A DNA stretch of 64,000 nt, taken from contig CAJINV010000001.1 in the NCBI GenBank assembly GCA_905178155.1, forward strand, positions 3,859,706 to 3,923,705, written 5' to 3'. The notes beneath the pieces were generated by a model. The model made no database searches, was not told the DNA's origin, and saw nothing but the letters and a program-made list of their open reading frames with translations. How positions within the stretch are numbered: position 1 is the stretch's first letter; each line of letters begins with the position of its first letter. The position numbers and the translations under genes were made by a program. This stretch comes from Amoebophrya sp. A120. Taxonomy: Eukaryota > Protista > Dinoflagellata. Positions 60,801-64,000 of the stretch are shown here, piece after piece.

Positions 60801-63800
60801 ACTTTTTCCGCTCGATAGTTTCACGAACAAGGCGGGGAAAGCGAAAGTGCTTGAGAAGATAATGGGGGCAGACTGGTACGGCTACCTCAAGATGCCAAAG
60901 GTGCTGTTGGAAATGGCACCCGACATGACATACCTAGAGTACGCGAGCGAGGCCAGTTTGCTGGAGATAGAAATCGAAGACATAAACACGGCCGAGACTT
61001 CATCCTCGTCTAGTACTGTTGAACACGACGACCATCAACATCATCATGCGTCAAGGAGTAAGGCCCATGATAGTATCCGGTACAACAACGAAAACCATGC
61101 GGCGGATGTGGATGTGTTGAGCCTGAGTGATATGAAAAGCCTTCTTTCCAACGACCGCTACGGATACCGAAGTAGTGGTCTGAGCTACAACATTGCCAGT
61201 GCCGCCGCACGGCAGTCCTGGTGCTATTCGAACAGGTACAAGTGCATTTACCTGATCGACCGTGGCCCGGAGCAACACACGGACTTTCTTCTCGCGATCA
61301 TGCTCCCGAACTTGGAGAGCGTGGCGGTCAGCCTGGACATTATCCAGCGAAAGGTGTATGACTGGCTGTATTGGCTGCAAAAACTCGACCAAGTGGACGT
61401 GGATGAGGTTAATAACATGGAGAAACGAGACGACCAGGAGCACGTTGGTGGTCCTGGTCGTCGAGCTGATAGTACTGGCAACGGCTCTACTTGTAGTTCT
61501 ACTTGCCCGTCGTCGTCCGAGATGAAGCAGGATCCGTTTAGTGGCCGCCCGAGCCATAATTTTTTCTTTGACGACCAGGGGAAGTGCAGTAGCAGTACCG
61601 GAAGTAGGCATCATTCACAGCAGACAGCTTCTGTGGTGTCGACCAGCAGGAGCGTGCAAGTGAAAGAAGTTGTGGAAATAGAAACTCAAACTCCAAAAAC
61701 ATCATTTTCTGACGGACGACGAGGATGCCGTTGCGCCGCCTCAACAACGGGGGCTGCAGATAAGCAACTACAAGGAGTAGACCTCCACGGAGATGAAGTA
61801 GGGACGAGCCAGGACGAGCAGTTGCAGTACTACACCGATAGGGAAGCGGCCACGGTAGCGAAGCTGAGTGAAAACGATAGGGAGCACATTGAACAAACCT
61901 TCGAGGAGGTAAAGGAAATGATGTTGATGCAGCGGACCTACAAGGCGCGCAGCGACGAGGCTCGAGGTGTGGACCGCAGCGACATCGACCCAGTTGCGCT
62001 CGAGAGGGACGTATGCATTGGTGCACAAGTATCGTACTAGTACAAGAAATCGTGTGAGAGCATGAGAAATAAATAATTAAAATTTCAATTAATGTAAAAG
62101 TGCGGATTTACCTCGATTTGGAAAAGTGCACGAGTGCGATTCCGATTAGTGCGAGCGCGATACTTCTGCACAGGATAGCAGGTGCAGCACCACGCGCGCT
62201 TCGGGGCCGTGCGGTGGCGCGAGCAACGGAAGGCCCTGCAGGTCTTGGATGGGTTCGTGCAGGAGCTACGGCAGGATGTGCATGACGCGACGAAAGTGAT
62301 CCTAAAGTCGGCCCTGGCGAAGAGTGCGCGCATCTCGGCACTTCTCACGCTCATGAAGGGCGCTTCGGCACTTTTAGCCGGCCTGTTGAGCAACCACTTA
62401 ATCACGCTGCAGAGTACCGAGCTGCAGATAGAAGTGCCCCGGGAGCATCGTGTAAGCTTCTTGTACCTCAAGACGGACTTTCACGGGATGCTTACGATTG
62501 AAGGTGGGCCGCCGCACTTCAACACACTCGCAAGTGTAGCGCCCTTTTTGAGAATACCGCCATCTCTTCTCGGGCCGCTTTCTTTGATAGGAGCAATCTC
62601 GGCCTCCCGGCGTCAGCAACTGCGGGACCACCGTGCAGAGCAGGCAGTTTCAGTGCATCATCACCAAGCGGATGAAGGAGATGCGGGTAGTACGAAGGAG
62701 CGCCACAGACGACACTCGTCCACGCATGGTTTGTCATTTGCGGCCCACGTCGTCGAGGATGAACAAAACAAACTGTCATCACGTTCATCTAAAACAGAAG
62801 AATCCGCGGCCGATGTACACTACAACAGTTGGCCTGGAAAAACCGCGGAACACGACGACCTAGGCTGCACAAGAACTGACGCAGTAGACAATTCGTACGA
62901 CCACAAGCAACAGCCTGCAATGATGAATCATCATCATGGTAGAGATGAACAGCATGATGACGCGGGCGCGGCTCGAGACCAGGATGTAGATGATGTTCCA
63001 AGCGGCCCAGCCCCCACTTCTAGTACATCACCGACGTCACAATCAGAAATAACGACGAGCACTGAAGACGATAATTTAGGAGGAACATCATCTTCACACT
63101 CCAGTGTTAAATCGACTACATCACCGCCTGCCGAGCAAAACAGAAACAGCCAGAGCATTTTCTCCCGACGGCCTCGCAAAAATTCCCGCGGTGGCGGTAT
63201 CCTACTCTCAGTCACAGCCACGCCGGTAGATGATGTAGTGGTCGCAGCAGCTGGAGCTGCTGCGCCCCCTGCTCCGCCGTCCGTCCCGCTGCGGCAGGCC
63301 GCGGCCCACACGAGCACCGCGACGGCGACCACGACGAGTTGCGATCCGCTCGGGGGCTTTTGCGATGTGTACGAGTCCCTGGAGTCCTTCTACCCGCCCC
63401 AGGTAAGCCCGCACTGCCTGCAGTCCGCCTGCGAGATTCCGGCGCAAAGCGGCGAATTCATCGGTGCCTGCCAGAATTCCGAATACATCCAGTCCCAAAT
63501 ATCCTTCTGCAGGTCCCGGGTGTGCTACGACGCGGTAGGTGCTCGTCAGGGGACTTTGCAGTAGGATTCAAATTGAATTTATGATGGATGACAATGCACC
63601 AGCCATTGCTGCTCAGCAAACAGAAACATTGACATTCGCATTGACAACATTCTTGCAGCATCTGGATCTGAAGATGATGATGATGATGAAAAAATCAACA
63701 GTGCGTCCCTCCGATCCAGTACATTCACCCGGAATGGACTTTACGAGAAAAGGACCGCTTGGTCGAAAAGCGGTTCAAGGCTTTGATAGAAGAGCGGATC

Positions 63801-63972
63801 CGGCGCGAAGTGAACGCAAGTGTGGACCCGGAGGTGCCCATGCTGTTTACCTACAATGCGGACTGCATCGAGGCTTTCAAAGACGCGCTCTGCTACCTGA
63901 ATTTTCCCAAATGCGGCTGCGCCCAGGAAAGCTTGCCAATGTGCACGTCCGTTTGCAACAATTACTACACAG
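57824..63972 (+). CDS. Large unknown protein, low-complexity, with C-terminal Cys-rich domain; continues beyond window
   Basis: Exons 57824-60183, 60422-60545, 60823-62010, 62182-63534, 63702-63972 join in frame; GT donor at 63973. Could be more than one gene. Confidence 0.65.
60184..60416. mobile_element. Family E introner-like element (reverse orientation relative to 7715-7954)
   Basis: TATGGCGTTCTCAACTGTTACATTCTCA / TGAGAATGTAACGTTTGAGAGCCCCATA; DR CCGAG; frame restored. Confidence 0.93.
60546..60817. mobile_element. Degenerate introner-like element (family F)
   Basis: TATCGCAGGAGAAAACTGT / ACACTTTTTCCGCTCGATA; DR GAGTC/GTTTC; frame restored (QVGVTNKAGK). Confidence 0.78.
62012..62177. 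mobile_element. Family C element now bounded by canonical GT-AG (intron 62011-62181)
   Basis: TATGCATTGGTGCACAAGTATCGTACT / GCGCGATACTTCTGCACAGGATA; flanks GGACG/GCAGG; GT at 62011, CAG ending 62181; frame restored. Confidence 0.88.
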
Positions 63973-64000
63973 GTATAGATTGACAAAAAGGAGGACGAGG

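Overview
Eukaryotic (protist) genomic DNA with about 10 protein-coding genes, all on the + strand: TBC1D23-like, CEP104-like, a GT32/Caps_synth-type glycosyltransferase, an LC8-type dynein light chain, a TLC-domain protein, an SFI1-repeat protein and several unknowns. The dominant signal is a system of transposon-like non-canonical introns. I found 24 complete 109-314 bp elements inside coding sequence, from at least 8 terminal-inverted-repeat (TIR) families. All start TA(T/C/G), 23 of 24 end (C/G)ATA, and all are flanked by a 5-bp direct repeat (DR; 18 perfect, 6 imperfect). By manual reading, removing each element plus one DR copy restores the host reading frame in all 24 cases, mostly without GT-AG. 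Related copies sit in opposite orientations in + strand genes. The families share an internal TTGT(C/A/G)ATGC motif, and their TAY ends match positions +2..+4 of the GTAY donor used by the window's ordinary introns. Some copies are, or have become, canonical GT-AG. This architecture matches my recollection of the introner elements described in the parasitic dinoflagellate Amoebophrya; the organism is inferred, not verified. Also present: three larger (0.7-1.15 kb) TIR elements and a ~1 kb nested-palindrome array in a gene-free interval. All gene models and coordinates were derived by hand, without RNA evidence.
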